From the human T2T-CHM13v2.0 reference genome, Homo sapiens: a stretch of 64,000 nucleotides of DNA. The position numbers and the translations under genes were made by a program. Below, piece after piece: positions 42,078-56,439 of this stretch; position 1 is the stretch's first letter; every line of letters begins with the position of its first letter. The notes beneath the pieces are model-generated. The model was not told where the DNA came from. It worked only from the letters and a program-made list of their open reading frames with translations, and did no database searches. The DNA lies in NCBI RefSeq assembly GCF_009914755.1, contig NC_060932.1, one strand, 5' to 3'.

Positions 42078-42117
42078 AATGAAGTGTGTAGGGTCAATAA
42101 GTTATATCTAGCTTTTA

Positions 42118-42420
42118 GCCATTATCCTCAGCAAACTAACACAGGAACAGAAAACCAAACACCACGTGTTCTCACTTATAAGTGGGAGTTGAACAATGAG
42201 AACACATGGACACAGGGAGGGGAACAATACATACTGGGGCCTGTTGGGGGAGTGAGGGGAGTGGGTAGAGCATCAGGAAAAATAGCTAATGTATGCTGGG
42301 CTTAATACCTAGGTGATAGGTTGATAGCAAACCACCATGACACATGTTTACCTATGTAACAAAACTGCACATACTGCACATGTACCCTGGAACTTCAAGT
42401 AAAATACATTTTTTAAAAAG
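42118..42420 (+). mobile_element. Short L1PA10-13-like 3' end
   Basis: GCCATTATCCTCAGCAAACTAACACAGG...GGGCTTAATACCTAGGTGAT...TGTACCCTGGAACTT. Confidence 0.88.
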
Positions 42421-43544
42421 ATAACGTAAAGAAAGAAATATGCCTTGTTATAAAACCAAGCCTTAAGGTATACTGCATTTGTCTAGAATAATTTCAATAG
42501 TTTCTAAATGTTCAATTTTCTATATACAGTGAATATAAGCTTGTATGTTTCCCATTACACATAATGTTGAATCTCCCTTACCTCAACAGTTAAGAATTGT
42601 CTATTTATGGCTTATGGAATTGCCTCTGTCCTAATCTTTCTTGGAAACTTTTTCTTTTGCTGCCCTACTAATCTTCTGTGCCCCATGCTGTTTCTACCTG
42701 ATATCCGTTGAATTAAAATGGATGCATCTTTGTTCCAGGGTTGAAATTACCTTTAGGGAGCCCTCTTTTTTCTATCTGCATGTTCTTAAATGATACCTCC
42801 TACATTCATGGATTTGTATTGCTCTGATTCTCGCTGTTTCTAATTTGGTTCTGACTAGAATTTTAGATCCGCTGCAACTTTAAGAATGTGTGTTCTCTTT
42901 TAATATATGCTCTGTGAAGTGCCTACCTGTAAAGCCAGAAGTAGCAGCCTTTTCTAGTAGGGAAGGGACACCTGGGTTGTTTTGGATTTGGTTGTAAGTG
43001 AATAACTTTCAGCTGGTCACAGCCTGAGAAAGCCTTCCCTGCAGTGTAGATGTCAATGACTTTAGGACACGTACTGTGCTGTGCTGCACACATTTCTCTA
43101 GTATGCTGCAGCCTCGGATGTGTTGTTTAACTCTTTCGTGTCCAGTATATGAAGGCTATGAAAATATTTTAAAATCTTCAAAATTCTCCTTATGGAAATG
43201 TTTTGTATTATTACTATCATTGTCATTACCATTGTGAGCTCTTGTGCTTTTCCTATATCACAGAGCAGGCGACTGTCTAGAGGAAAGGCTCTTCCCTCTC
43301 AAGTTACTGCCTAATCTTGAAATTAGTGGTACAAATGTATTATATATTTATTATTTTGCACTCAGATTCATTTAATAAAATATTATCGAACAACTATTAT
43401 GTGCTAGGCATTCATGTTCTGAAAGGTACAGTCATTGGTATTAATTATGCTATGTACATTTACAAAATACATTTAAAGGGACCATGGGGTATTATCATTG
43501 TCCTTTAATGGATAAATACTAATGAGTGTGTAAATACCTTATAG

Positions 43545-43750
43545 GTAGTAATTCTCAAAATCGCGCCTAGACCAGCATCATCAGCATCACCTAGGAACTT
43601 CCTGGAAATACCCTGCTAAAACAGCCTCACTTGGGAACTTCCTGGAAATGCCTTTCTAAATCAGAAACTCTGGGGGTGGTTCCCAGCAATGTGTGTTTTA
43701 AAAAAACCCTCCAGGTGATTCTGACGATGCTAGAGTTTGGAACCCAGTGT
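43545..43750 (+). mobile_element. MER5A with a 40-bp internal tandem duplication
   Basis: TTCTCAAA...CCAGCATCATCAGCATCACC...AATCAGAAACTCTGGGGGTGG...CCCTCCAGGTGATTCTGA. Confidence 0.85.
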
Positions 43751-43935
43751 TTTACAGGATGTCAGTTATAGAGACGGTGGCAACGGGGTGGAAGTGGGGA
43801 GGTAGGAGAGTTGAATTTTGATAATCTTAGGAGAAAATAAGAAAATGGTATGCATTTCCACTATGGAAGGAAAAGACTTGGCCGGAACAATTCAGTAAAG
43901 GGTTGTGTAAAGACTGAATTTTACCACTTAAATAG

Positions 43936-44007
43936 AGGGTGTCCAGATGAACAGAGATATGAACAGTGAAAAGAAAGAATTAAAAAGCTACTGAAAACTT
44001 ACTTCAG
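43936..44007 (+). other. Candidate non-coding exon
   Basis: Weak acceptor (cacttaaatag), strong donor CAG|gtatgt; stop codons in all three frames. Confidence 0.25.
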
Positions 44008-45837
44008 GTATGTCATTATTATACTCAGGGATGATTGACTCAGTAGTGAACATTGTTGACATTTGAGCCCCAGTCTGTCCTTGCAGACAACATTGCAGTG
44101 TCTGTGCTTATGGATCCTTAGAGCAGCACACGTTCTATAAATACTTTGGTGTCATACCGTCTTTTATTCTGCTGTAACTGGCATATCTTTCCAATTGGCT
44201 TTGTTCCTGAAATTTCTTATGTTGATAACTTGTCTCACTGAAGGTGTCATCTGCAGTAATTCACGTACCACAACTATAAAAAGGATGGGATAACATAACC
44301 ACCAAGGAGAACTTTAGCTTTGTTGATAGAATTACTCTTTGTAGGTCTTCTGAAAGACATTCTGGTTTACTCATGTATGTGGGAATGTGTGTTTTAGTGT
44401 AATATACATAACTATGTACATGTGAGTGTATTTTTCAAGTGATCTGCTTAGTGAGAAATAGGCAATATAAATTTTATTTCATTACCTATGATGAAAATCT
44501 TTGACTATAAAAGGTTTCTTTATTCAAGTTGCTAAGAATGTTCCTGCTTTTAGTCAGTTCACGGCACTTGCATTGTCAGCATATACTATATAGAATTTCT
44601 CCTGTGAAATTCTCATTAACTTATATTAGTGTCCAAGCCATTAAGTTTGGATTCAGACTATAAAGGGAAAATAAACCAACCCTTTGCTTCATTGCTGATG
44701 ATGTGTGTCATCCAAATCTCCCCTTCCCAGTGGCAAAGGCCCTCATGGTCATTAATATACTCATTCTTCTTTAATTACTGATTGTAGGAGCTTCCAACTA
44801 CACTTTCAGATTGTATTATGTCATGCTGCTATTAAATTAAAAACAAATCATTCCTCATTTAGTTAATGAATGCACCTTAGGGACTCTCAATAAATATTAA
44901 TTAAATTGTATTTCATGTAGTTATGATTCTATTTGAATAACACAATCTGTTTCTAGATAGAACAAATGGTTAGGAATACTGGCAGGTATGTTTTATTTGG
45001 AAGAGTGTATAGTATGTGCTTAGCTATAGAAAAAACAGGGCAGTGTAGACACAGCAGTGGTCAAGGGAAGCATTATAAATCTCCAAATCACAAATATGAG
45101 TTTGGTCAAAAGATCGCAAACTTTATAAAGTTCCCGCAATTAGTCAGGGGCCATGGAAAATAAACTGTAATTAAAGTGAACATATTTTCTTCTTTCCCCC
45201 TACTCTTTCACTTTTCCTTCTTTCCTTGTACTTTTCCTTCATTCCTTGTATTTATTTATAATACACACACATCAGTTGTGAAAATGCAGTGTAGTGAGGA
45301 GTACTTTATAAAAATAGAGTGGTAAAAAGTTGAGCTCTGGTCTTTACTTGCTGGCTTTATATTTTCAGACAAGTTACTTTATACCTGGGATTTTAAGTTT
45401 TCCCTTCAGTAAAATTTCTGTGAAATTTACTTGTAGAAAGGCAGTGTTTTATCTGTCCATTTATCACTCAGTAACACTTATTGATTATCTACTATGTTGC
45501 AGAGACTGTGCTCTGTGCACTAGTGGATGCCTGTGATCCCCTGACATGTACAAGATACCTTGCTAGACTCAAAGAGGAAAATGTATTAGAAGAGAAAGGG
45601 GGATAATATTTAAGATTTTAAATATCCAAGTGCTCTGTAGGCACTCATTTAATTCTCACTACGATGTTGTGATGTGGGAATAATTATAAACCAATGTTAA
45701 AAGAGTAAGGAACTGAGGCTGAGCTCAAAGATTATTTAGTGAATTTTCCTAGGTAATAGAACACTGAGGTGGTAGACATGGACTATAAACCCAAAAACCT
45801 TACCATAGAGCTTGGGTTCTTAAAAATATTGCATCTT

Positions 45838-46129
45838 GGCCGGGCACAGTGGCTCACACCTGTAATCCCAGCACTTTGGGAGGCCGAGGCTGGTGGATCA
45901 TGAGGTCAGGAGTTCTAGACCACCCTGGCCAATATGGTGAAACCCCATCTCTACTAAAAATACAAAAGTTAGCTGAGCATGGTGGTGCGCACCTGTATTC
46001 CCAGCTACTCAGGAGGCTGAGATAGGAGAATCACTTGAACCCAGGAAGCAGAGGGTCCAGTGAGCCAGAAATGCACCACTATAATCTAGCCTGGGTGACA
46101 GAGCAAGACTCCATCTCAAAAAAAAAAAA
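45838..46129 (+). mobile_element. AluS (Sg-like)
   Basis: Full dimer with GGATCATGAGGTCAGGAGTTC and poly(A). Confidence 0.92.
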
Positions 46130-47399
46130 GCTTCTTTCACTCTAAATACATAATATGTAATATGCTGTATGTGTATATATTATACATATGTAATCATATA
46201 CACATAATTGTACATAGGATAGGTAGCTATATTTATATCCCATTTTGTTCTAAGATTTTTTAAGACAATACAAACATAATATTTATATTCCACTTTGTTC
46301 TAATTTTTAAAGGTGATCATATATAAATAATTAATAGTTTCAGCCCGAGTATCTTCCAGTCCCCTAGGAAACACAAATAAAATATAATATTAGAGACATG
46401 TACGAAGTCCTATGAAAATGCTAAATAAGGTAAAATCAACTGCCTAGATAACCTAAACAAGCTGTGTCAGAGGAATAAATATTTGATCTATGTGTGGGAA
46501 AGCAATAGGCACTTACCAAGAACAGAAGGAGGTGAGGTGAGGGAACAGTATTCCAGGCAGAGTGTAACATGAGCAAGGACATGATTTTGGAGTTGCAGTA
46601 TCATAGGATAAAATATTTATTGAGATGTAAGAATCCTGTGGATTAAAGAAGGAACAACATTGAGCTGGAGAGAAGTCTTCTAAGGTCAATGTAAGTGCCC
46701 AAGCAAAAAACCGTATTATCTCCGGTTCACAGATGAAGAAATTGGCATAAAGAGACATTACAATTCAATGTCTTGTCATTCATGAAAATCAACAAAGAAA
46801 ACTTCACCTACATCTAAATCTGGTAGGCTTATAACTCTCTAAAATCATACCCAATTATGAAAAATCAAATTTATCAATGTGTGAGAGCAGTAGAGGGCAC
46901 ATCAAAGAAAGCCAGAAATGACAAGAGAGTAGTGAAAAGCTTATCAGTGAGAAAAGTCGTAAGAAAACAATACTCTTCAACTGGGAAGTTGTTGTGAAAG
47001 CATAAAAAGTAGAGAAGATTTTAGAATTGCTGACATTAATAACATTATAGTGAATCATTTAGAGATACTCAAACAACTCTGAGGATTAAGGGGAGATTAG
47101 ATAGCATGTGTTTTAGTAGAATAAAGAGGTAAGTGATTGTAGAATAACATAGAAATTATCATTGAATGGCTAATACTCCTGTTCAGGTTGATCTGGAAGG
47201 TAAATGGAGTTAGGAGATCTAGGAGTTAACATACTCAGTAACAGAAATATGATGTATATGAAATCTAGTGAGGCATTTGACATTATTTCTCTTGTTTACC
47301 CTGCTCACAAAAGGAGATATTTTAGCTAGAAGATAGTGTGATGATATGAATAAGTGACTACATACCTGATTATATTCAAGAAGTGTTGCATAATTGGTT

Positions 47400-47785
47400 G
47401 ATTCATTCTTGGTGTTACTTTGATTCAGCCATACTGGCTTTTTTGTTGTTCCTTGAATAGACCAAGAATAATTATGCCCCAAAGCTTTGCTGTTTTTCCT
47501 CACCTAGATATTGTAACACCTTTTTTTTTTTTTCACTTCATTTAAGTCTTTGCTCAAATATTACCTTAGGAAGGTCTTCCCTGATCACTTATTTAGAATA
47601 CGCACACTTATGCTCAATTTGCATTACCATAGATTTTTATTTCTACACAGCACTAGACAGTATCTACCATTATGAAGTTATTTGTCTCTACCACAAATAT
47701 CAGGACTTGTTTTTAATGTAATAACTTTGACTCTACACCTACTGGCATACAGTGTTTATTAAATATTTACTGAATCAAGGAATGT
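47400..47785 (+). mobile_element. L2a-like 3' end
   Basis: CAGCCATACTGGC...TCCTTGAA...TCTTTGCTCAAATATTACC...CTGGCATACAG...TAAATATTTACTGAAT. Confidence 0.75.
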
Positions 47786-48948
47786 CTGATCATCATTGGG
47801 GTGGGATACCTTGCAGAATTGTGCAAAAATGTCCTGTTTTACTCAGTAATTATATAAAGACATAGATGGCTTTTCAAAATCATGGGAACTCCAGAGAAGA
47901 TGGCAGAGGGATTAGATATGTTAGAAAAAGCTCTATGCATTTTTAACACAATGCTTGGAATATAGACATAATGATCAATTTCTCTTTACCATATGCTCTA
48001 AATAGGTTACTTGAATCAAACAGATGAATGACCAAAAGCTAGCAAAGAATCCCTAATGTGATGCACTACAGCATTGTGACTCAGAAAGATTTCAAATAAA
48101 ATGATAAAATAGGCTACATTTAAGAAAGTGAAATGTAACAGGAAAACTGTGAAAACTACACTTGGATTTAACAAACAAAACTGCATTGAATTCAAGGGAG
48201 GTGATGGCACAATTAAAACTAATTCATAATGAAACAAATTCAGCCTAGTCAAGACTTGGAAATTGTAGTAAACCATAAACTGTATTATTATGTAACAAGG
48301 CTATTATAAAAATTGAGTCAATATTTGGCTTTGTAAACTAAAGCAGTGTTAAAGTGCTAGTAACTCCATTATATTGTGTGTTAAATATAGCACATCTGAA
48401 GTATACCCTTCAAATTATGCATTCATTCATTTGATTAGTAAATATATATGGAGTATCTACTATGTGTTAGGCATTGTTCTCAGTACTGAGGATGGGGTAA
48501 GCACATCTCCACACCTGATGTCTTTGTGATGGTATGTATTTTTGAACTAGAGGAAGGCTACTCCCCTCTCTGCACCTCAAGTTGATGGATTTATTGACAA
48601 AGCATTGGTGTGCATTTAGCAATAATAAATATGATGAGGAAAAAAGATGAAATCAGTAAAAATGAGAAGGTTTATCTGAAGTATTTGTATCTTAAGTATT
48701 TATGATTTTTGAGAGAGTAAAAAAATGTATGTTGCTTTGAAGTTGAGAACTAAAGCCTACAGATGAATTTAAACATTAAATAGGACTTATGTCTGCACAA
48801 GTCCAAATTAACTACCTCTTGACATCACTCTCCTCAAAGTATTAATCTCTCCATTTGTAAATTTCTTAAGCACAGAAGAGAATTTCACCTTCAAGAGTAG
48901 TTTAGGCATTCTTTATTAGAGTTTGGAACAGGCCATTTCCAATTCTAG

Positions 48949-49008
48949 ATTTCTGTGAAAATGAATTACAATCTCTGAAGCAGATTCCAGAAGGACAACC
49001 GAAATGTG
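48949..49008 (+). other. Candidate exon (60 bp)
   Basis: ccatttccaattctag| acceptor and strong GTG|gtaagt donor, in sequence I do not recognise as a repeat. Confidence 0.4.
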
Positions 49009-50111
49009 GTAAGTGGGTGGTGATCACAGTGTGTTTAGAAAAATAAATTTTACAGTCTGTGATCTCAGAGTTTAAAACATTCTGAATGACTTACAAGACC
49101 TCTGGTAGGACTGTGCTTGTTTTATGAAGCTGAGGGGAAGTGAAGCACAGTCCCAAAGTTGAAGATCATGGTAGGAAATTTGTGAGCAGACTATAGAAAA
49201 AAGAGAGGAGGGATTAGAATAGAGAGGAAAATTGTGACTCAGTTACTAAAGCCATTAAGCTTTGCCTTAAATGAAGGCAAGTAAAAAGGTGTTTGTATGA
49301 CTAATGTGGAAATTTTAAAAAGCTGAAAGTTGTAGCAGAATATTCCAATCCCCTTTGTAAACTTACTTTTCTTTGTGGAAAGTGGGAGATGGTACAGTGG
49401 AAGTGGTGAATGTTTGTGGAAAAGGATGATATCAGGACGAACACAGGTTTCTTGGAAGTAAAGAAATGGGAAGACCTCTTGTGAAGAAGGTCAATGCCAC
49501 AGGATGATTTTATTGAAATCAAGTAGAAATATCAAAGAAATATAAGATTAAAGATGGAAAAAAACTTTTAGAATATTAACTTGAGCTATGTAGCCAACAA
49601 ATTATAGAAATTGCTAGAAGGAGAGATTTGTACCCAGGTGAGTAATTAGGGATAGTGGGACGATAGAAGCAGAGATCTAATGGCATGACTGGGGGCAACT
49701 ATTAGGAAGGTATCTCTTAAAGGTTGATGTGGAAATGGCTAAGCAGGGTGATTTTTGCAATTTGAAGATAATTCCTCCTCAAATTTTATTGGTTATGCCA
49801 ATGTTTATTTGAGAAAATATGTTTTTTGGGAAGTGGAAAATACATTCACTTCTTTGATCAGAGGAGATAACAGAAATAATGTCAGATTGTGATTGAGGCA
49901 GAAGTAAAGATTAACTGGTAAAAGAGGTAGAATGACTCCAAAAAATTAACTATACCTGTTAAGAAGACATATTAAGGCTGCCTGGGAAAGAGTAAAATTA
50001 TGTCTTCAAAGTCAAGTTAATTGAGTAAAGGAACTTTACATATTGTAACTTGCCAATTGTGTGCACTGCTTTATCTTGAGATCCCTTGCACTGTGGCAGA
50101 ACACAGACAGC

Positions 50112-50375
50112 AAAATATTGTGATGAAATGCACAGAATGTGGAGTCAGACTTCCTGGGTTTGAATCCAAGATCCATAACTTACTCACTACCATCTAACTT
50201 TGAGCAAGATATATAACATTTCTGTGACACAGTTTTTTTTTTCATTTATAAAGTTGATATAGTAAGATTCACTTCAGAAAGTTATTGTGAGGATTAAAAT
50301 GAGTTGATAAATGGAAAATGGAAAAATATAAAAGTTTCTGATATATAATGAATGCACTGTATGGGATAGCTATTA
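50112..50375 (+). mobile_element. MIR
   Basis: TGGAGTCAGACTTCCTGGGTTTGAATCC...CTTTGAGCAAG...TTGTGAGGATTAAAATGAG. Confidence 0.8.
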
Positions 50376-51459
50376 AAATTCTAAATAGATGGCCAAGTGG
50401 ACTGGTGCACCTTTTTATAAGATTATCCATTGTTGTTGAATCTTATTACTGTAGGTCTTATCAAGATGCAAGGAAAACAAATGCAGAACCTCTTGATTAA
50501 GGATTTCTCTGGGGTCTTTGTTTATCGTACCTATTTTCTTTAAGGCACAAGTAAGTGGAAGAGTTATCTTTCATTTCTTTGCTCTGATAAGATTGGCAGA
50601 ATGAATAATAATTTTAAAAAGTAATTTATCTATATCCCTTTATGGAAATGTCTGTGTACTTTTTGTTATCAGAGATTTGGAGATGCTTGTTTTCTTACAT
50701 TATTAATGTTCTCCATGGCATCTAAAATGCCCTTTTACTCTAATTTGATCATTCTCAGTATCAGTCCCCAGTAACTTAGGAATCCGTATTTCCATAAATG
50801 CAATCAAATCATCTTCTCCTTTAGAATTCACTGACCCTGGAGTCTAGCAATACACAATCAACTTCGGTTTTTTAACCACTCAATCTTGTTTAGCAAAACT
50901 TGATTAGATTCTATCATCCTACTCATTAAAGATTCCATCTGTTTAAAACTTCTTTTCTGTTTATAACAAAATTTCTTTCTCGATCTCTGCGTTCTTTATG
51001 GCTTACTCACTTTTTGAATTTTGTAATCCAAAAAGAGTATTTGTGACATGTTTTTATTTTCTTTTTGCTTTAAAAATATGACTTTTTAAAAGAAATTACA
51101 TAATTTTTAATCTACAAATTAAGAATTCCAGAGAGGCTATCCCACTTGGCACAACAGAGGGCTGGACTAAAATGAAATATAAGGAATGCACAGCATCAAG
51201 GGAAAACAAACACAAAAGAACACAAGGGAATTTTTTAAGATGATGGATATGTGTAATACCTTGATTGTGGTGAAGGTGTTTTAATAAAAAAAAAAAATCC
51301 CAAAAGCAGAAGAATGGGAGGATTTTGACCATTGGTACCAAAAAATTAGTCAATGGATACTTCAAAATTTAAGTGAGACATTTGTCTGTAGGAAAGATGC
51401 TTAGAGGATGTATTGCATATAAGTTCTTAAAAGGATCCAAGATCAAGAACTGGGAAACA

Positions 51460-52189
<730 letters not shown>

Positions 52190-53792
52190 TTTTGCTATGA
52201 AATAGGAAGAACCCATTTACTACTGAATTTTGGATTAGATGATATGAAATTCTTAATTCATTGGTATATACTTTATTTTTTAGATTTTTTCACATTTTTC
52301 TGGCTCCTATATATATATCTTTGAATGTAATCTACTGCAACATATTTTAGAGAATCAGCTTTCAGCCACACTGCATTTGGTACTGCATTTTGGAAACATT
52401 TGCCATTTTTTTACCTAGAATGTTTCAACTGTCACATTGCTGACCTTGTCAGTCAATTCTGAGCTTACTCTCATTTACTCAGAGTGCTTTGCTGTGCAAT
52501 GTATGGTGTCAACACATTTCCATTTTTCTCATAGTATATACTATTTTTTGAAGTTATTTTGCTCATTTATGTATATGTTTACTGTTTGTCTCTCTCACTA
52601 GGATGAAAGTTCATTGAGGGTTTAGCTGTCTTACCTCTGTCCTATAGATACTCAAATTCTATAGCAGTTTTTCTTTCAAAGTAGGTAGCAAATAATTATT
52701 TTTTAAACTAATGATTAACTTAGCAAATATGTGTACGTACATAAGGCAGTGCTTATTCAGGACTTAACTATTACTTGAGTAATAGAATAACCAGCTACCC
52801 AAGAAGAGTTGCAAGTAGCTTAAATAGTAAGGAAGAACTTATATTTCTTCCTTGAGGCTGTTTTAACTGGGTGACCCAAATTTGCAGCAGGAATTCTTTC
52901 TCTGTGAAATAGTATGCACTATGGTTGAGAGGGATGTGTTTGGATAAATAAATCAGTAAATTTATATTGATTACCAGTTATATACAAGCCATATAGAATA
53001 TAAAGATGAACAAGAAATTGTAACTGTCTATTAACAGTTTACAATCTAGGAGAGAAACAAACATTAGACAATATCCAAAATTAAAGGTTTAAGAATATAT
53101 ATTAAATAATAATAAAACAGGTCATTTGTGCTTTTCCTTGATATTTTAATTATGATGAAGTCCAATTGCTTAACATGCAACAGTGACAGAGAGATGGACA
53201 ATTATAGACTTCTTCAGGACTTATTGGCCACCCAAGAAAGTGGGCATTGAAAGAAATATTGGATTCTGATACCCAGCTGAAAAAATGCAGTCTGCTTTAG
53301 GGAGCAAATGGATTAGAGTATCCCCACTAGCTCACTAAAATCTCCTGACAAATTCTAGAGTTTTCTGTCTCATTAAACTAATATTAAAGTATTTTACTAC
53401 AATATCTAGTGCCAAGTCAGCTTTTAATAAACATGGGTTAAATTAATTAATGAATGAAAATAAACAATCAGAAGCCTAGCTTTCCAGTATTATATTTTGG
53501 GATGTGGATCTCAAAATCAGAATGTTAAAAATAGGATAGTAACTCATGGATATATGCCATTATTATCACATTTCATACTCAAAGCTGAGGCACAAGATGA
53601 TGAAGTGACTTGTCCAAGTTAGTTGCAGAGCTCCAAGTCCAGATATTTTGCATCACCATCTAACATTTTTTCTTATTATATAACATTGCTAAAAAAAAAA
53701 AAAAAGATTTCACTGATGAAGCAGCGTATCATATCATGTAGGCTAGAGGTTTCTAATATAAAGAACATAGAGCCCAGGTATTACAACTGAAG

Positions 53793-53823
<31 letters not shown>

Positions 53824-53824
53824 G
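53793..53824. repeat. (TG)n microsatellite
   Basis: Directly visible in the sequence. Confidence 0.9.
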
Positions 53825-54715
53825 TTTTATCAACAGATACCATTGCATTCCACAGATTCTCAAGATAGCCTATGTTACATAGGAAGTATTACCAATGATT
53901 AAACTAGGCCTTGAAGAATTTGGAGAGGCAGAGGTAAAATGGGCATACTGGTAAGGTAGGAACGTTTATGGCTAGTTCAGGGAATATTGAGTTGTTTCAA
54001 ATCTGACTTGAACATAGGATTCATTTAAGGTATAAATTGGAGAAAGAACAGGTAAATTAAAAACAGACTTTGTAAAATTTTGAACCTAGATGTTATTGAC
54101 TGAGCCATGAGTATCAATTAAAGGATATAAGCAACTGTGGAAGATATTAATTTATTCTTCTTTTATTCTATTTTTTTCAATGCAGTATGCATATGAGGCC
54201 TCATAATGAAGTAACCATAAGAGAAGTGCATTCTATTTTAATCAGAAGGATAGAAGTAAGGGTTACAATGTAATTTTGGCAAAATAAACTAATTTTTCAA
54301 GACTGCAGCAACTACATTTATGGACTATAAAAAAGGAATTATATAATCTTTATATAAATGTTAAAAAATATTTATTTTAACTAATTAAAAATTCCTGTAC
54401 TGTTTATTAAGAATCCCTTGTTCAATTAGTACATTCTTTTACTTTTAATAAAGTTATGTTGAAAATAATTGAATAATTTAATAGATGTAAGTTTTTATAG
54501 AACTAATATCCTTCAACATTTACTTAAAAATTGAGATTGGATCCTCTGGACAGAATAGGTAAACTGTGATGTATTTGATAATGTTGATGTTTTCTCATGG
54601 TGAATATAGCTTTCCCATTTTTTTATCTTATAAAATTCAATATATCTTGGGAAGAAGAATCCATGATATTATCAATAGTGTTACATCTTTCTCTACATTG
54701 CTCCTCTTTTTACAG

Positions 54716-54784
54716 ATGGATTTAAGACAGTATAAAAACACCTGTGAAGTAAAGGTGTTCCACATTGAAGATGCATTTCAGAAG
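54716..54784 (+). other. Candidate exon (69 bp) beginning with ATG
   Basis: Long pyrimidine tract ctttctctacattgctcctctttttacag|, donor AAG|gtaata; frame 0 open (MDLRQYKNTCEVKVFHIEDAFQK). Confidence 0.5.
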
Positions 54785-55959
54785 GTAATACAGGTGGTTC
54801 AACTTCTTGATTTTGCCTGGGACCAGCATTGCTATCAATGCACATTTAGGATAAAGTTGAAGGTTATACTTTTGCAGAAATGTTGATGAATTTTTACATC
54901 TTTCTGTACCTGGTCCCTTGGGCAGTTGTGAGATAATTGGACCCTAATCTATAATCTAAAATCATAAAGAGTATTCTTAAATATACTGATTTCCAGAGGG
55001 ATAAGGAATACTATGATTATCAAGGGTCTGCATAAAACAGTTATATATATACACAAAATATATATGTACACACACACATACATACACACACGCACATATA
55101 TTATACATATTAATATACAAATTTTTCTAAAACCATTTAGTTATTGTGTAAAGCTAATTTTAAAGAATCTCAATTAGGAATCAGCCCAAATAGAAAGAAA
55201 AACAATATTTCCTCTTCTCTGAAATATGGTAACCCAGATGATATGTGGAAGAATAAAAGAGTAATTACATTAAGTGAGGTAGAACAAATGGGGATGAGAT
55301 CTGGAGCCTGACTTCAGGATCTAGAAGGATGTGAGGCCAAACACTGGTAAGGAACAGGAGATGGATTTTATTTTAGATAGAACAAAATTAAGATTATGGT
55401 GGCAAGCAATAGGTGCTAAACCTGGAAATAATTTGCATAAGATAATTAAGCAATAACTAAAGATAAATCCCAGAGCAGAAGAAACAGAGCAAGAAAAGAA
55501 ACTCGATATTTGTAAATTAGAGTAGGCAAACCATTGGTATTCGAGTTAAATCATCCTGTGATTTACATAAAATATTTCTCTCTGGAGTTGGGATGGAAAA
55601 TAGAGTCCAAAACCTAAAGGTATCAAAGTACTGTTTTGGTTATTAAGGCTTAAATTTGAAGAGGGACGGTAGAACTTCATTACCAGCCTAGGGTACACAG
55701 AACACTTACTCTTAGGAAGTGCAGTTGTCCCACTAGAACCTGAGATCAAAGTGAAATGTAACAGTATCATTATGAAAGAAAAATAAATTCACCCTAAATT
55801 TAAATACTTATATACCTCAAGCTAAGGATGTTGTTTCCTTAGCTAGGATGTTTTATTAGCTAGGATGCTCCTTTAGCTAGAGCCATGGGAATAGTGAATT
55901 CTGCAGATGAGAGTCAGATAATCTTAGTTGTGGGAAGAGAACAGCCAAGAGAGGCTGCC

Positions 55960-56205
55960 AGAAAGGGTGGGGATATGTAAGCCATTGCTCTGGGGTGCGC
56001 AAAGAAACAACAGACTCACTCTTTATTTATATTTTACTTTTTGAAGTTCTATATTTGAAATTTGTTTCAAAAATATACGTGATGTATTAGTAGTACAAAC
56101 ATAAAATCTATATATATATATATTTATGCAAACATGTATTTGTAGTGTAGGATCAAGTATTTTCTTATTGATATGGGTGGAAGATCACAAATTTGAATAC
56201 ACAGA
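55960..56205 (+). mobile_element. MER113-like hAT-Charlie fragment
   Basis: GATATGTAAG...TGGGGTGCGCAAAGAAAC...TATTTATATTT...ATTAGTAGTACA...TTATTGATATGGGTG. Confidence 0.5.
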
Positions 56206-56439
56206 AGTAATGGGAAAGGTTGATAGTATTTATGTTGGGAAGTCTTTAATTTACAGTTTGTACCAGTTGAGAGAACTTGGAAATTTGTTATTTCTCTGTA
56301 AATTAGTTTTCTTATCTGAAAAATAGGAATATCAAAAACTCCTCATAGTATAAATTACATGTGCACTTGTCACACAGTGGGCATTAAATTTATGATAATC
56401 ATTGATATTTTAAATAATTAATACTTAAATCATCTTTTA

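Noticed and set aside
54566-54886. 106-aa ORF taken as a whole
   Set aside because: Non-ATG start, and it reads through a polypyrimidine tract and splice sites; only 54716-54784 is exon-like.
55820-55880. CRISPR-like repeat-spacer pattern
   Set aside because: Repeats of 8-12 bp with 5-nt spacers, no cas genes, primate context; kept only as a repair-scar finding.
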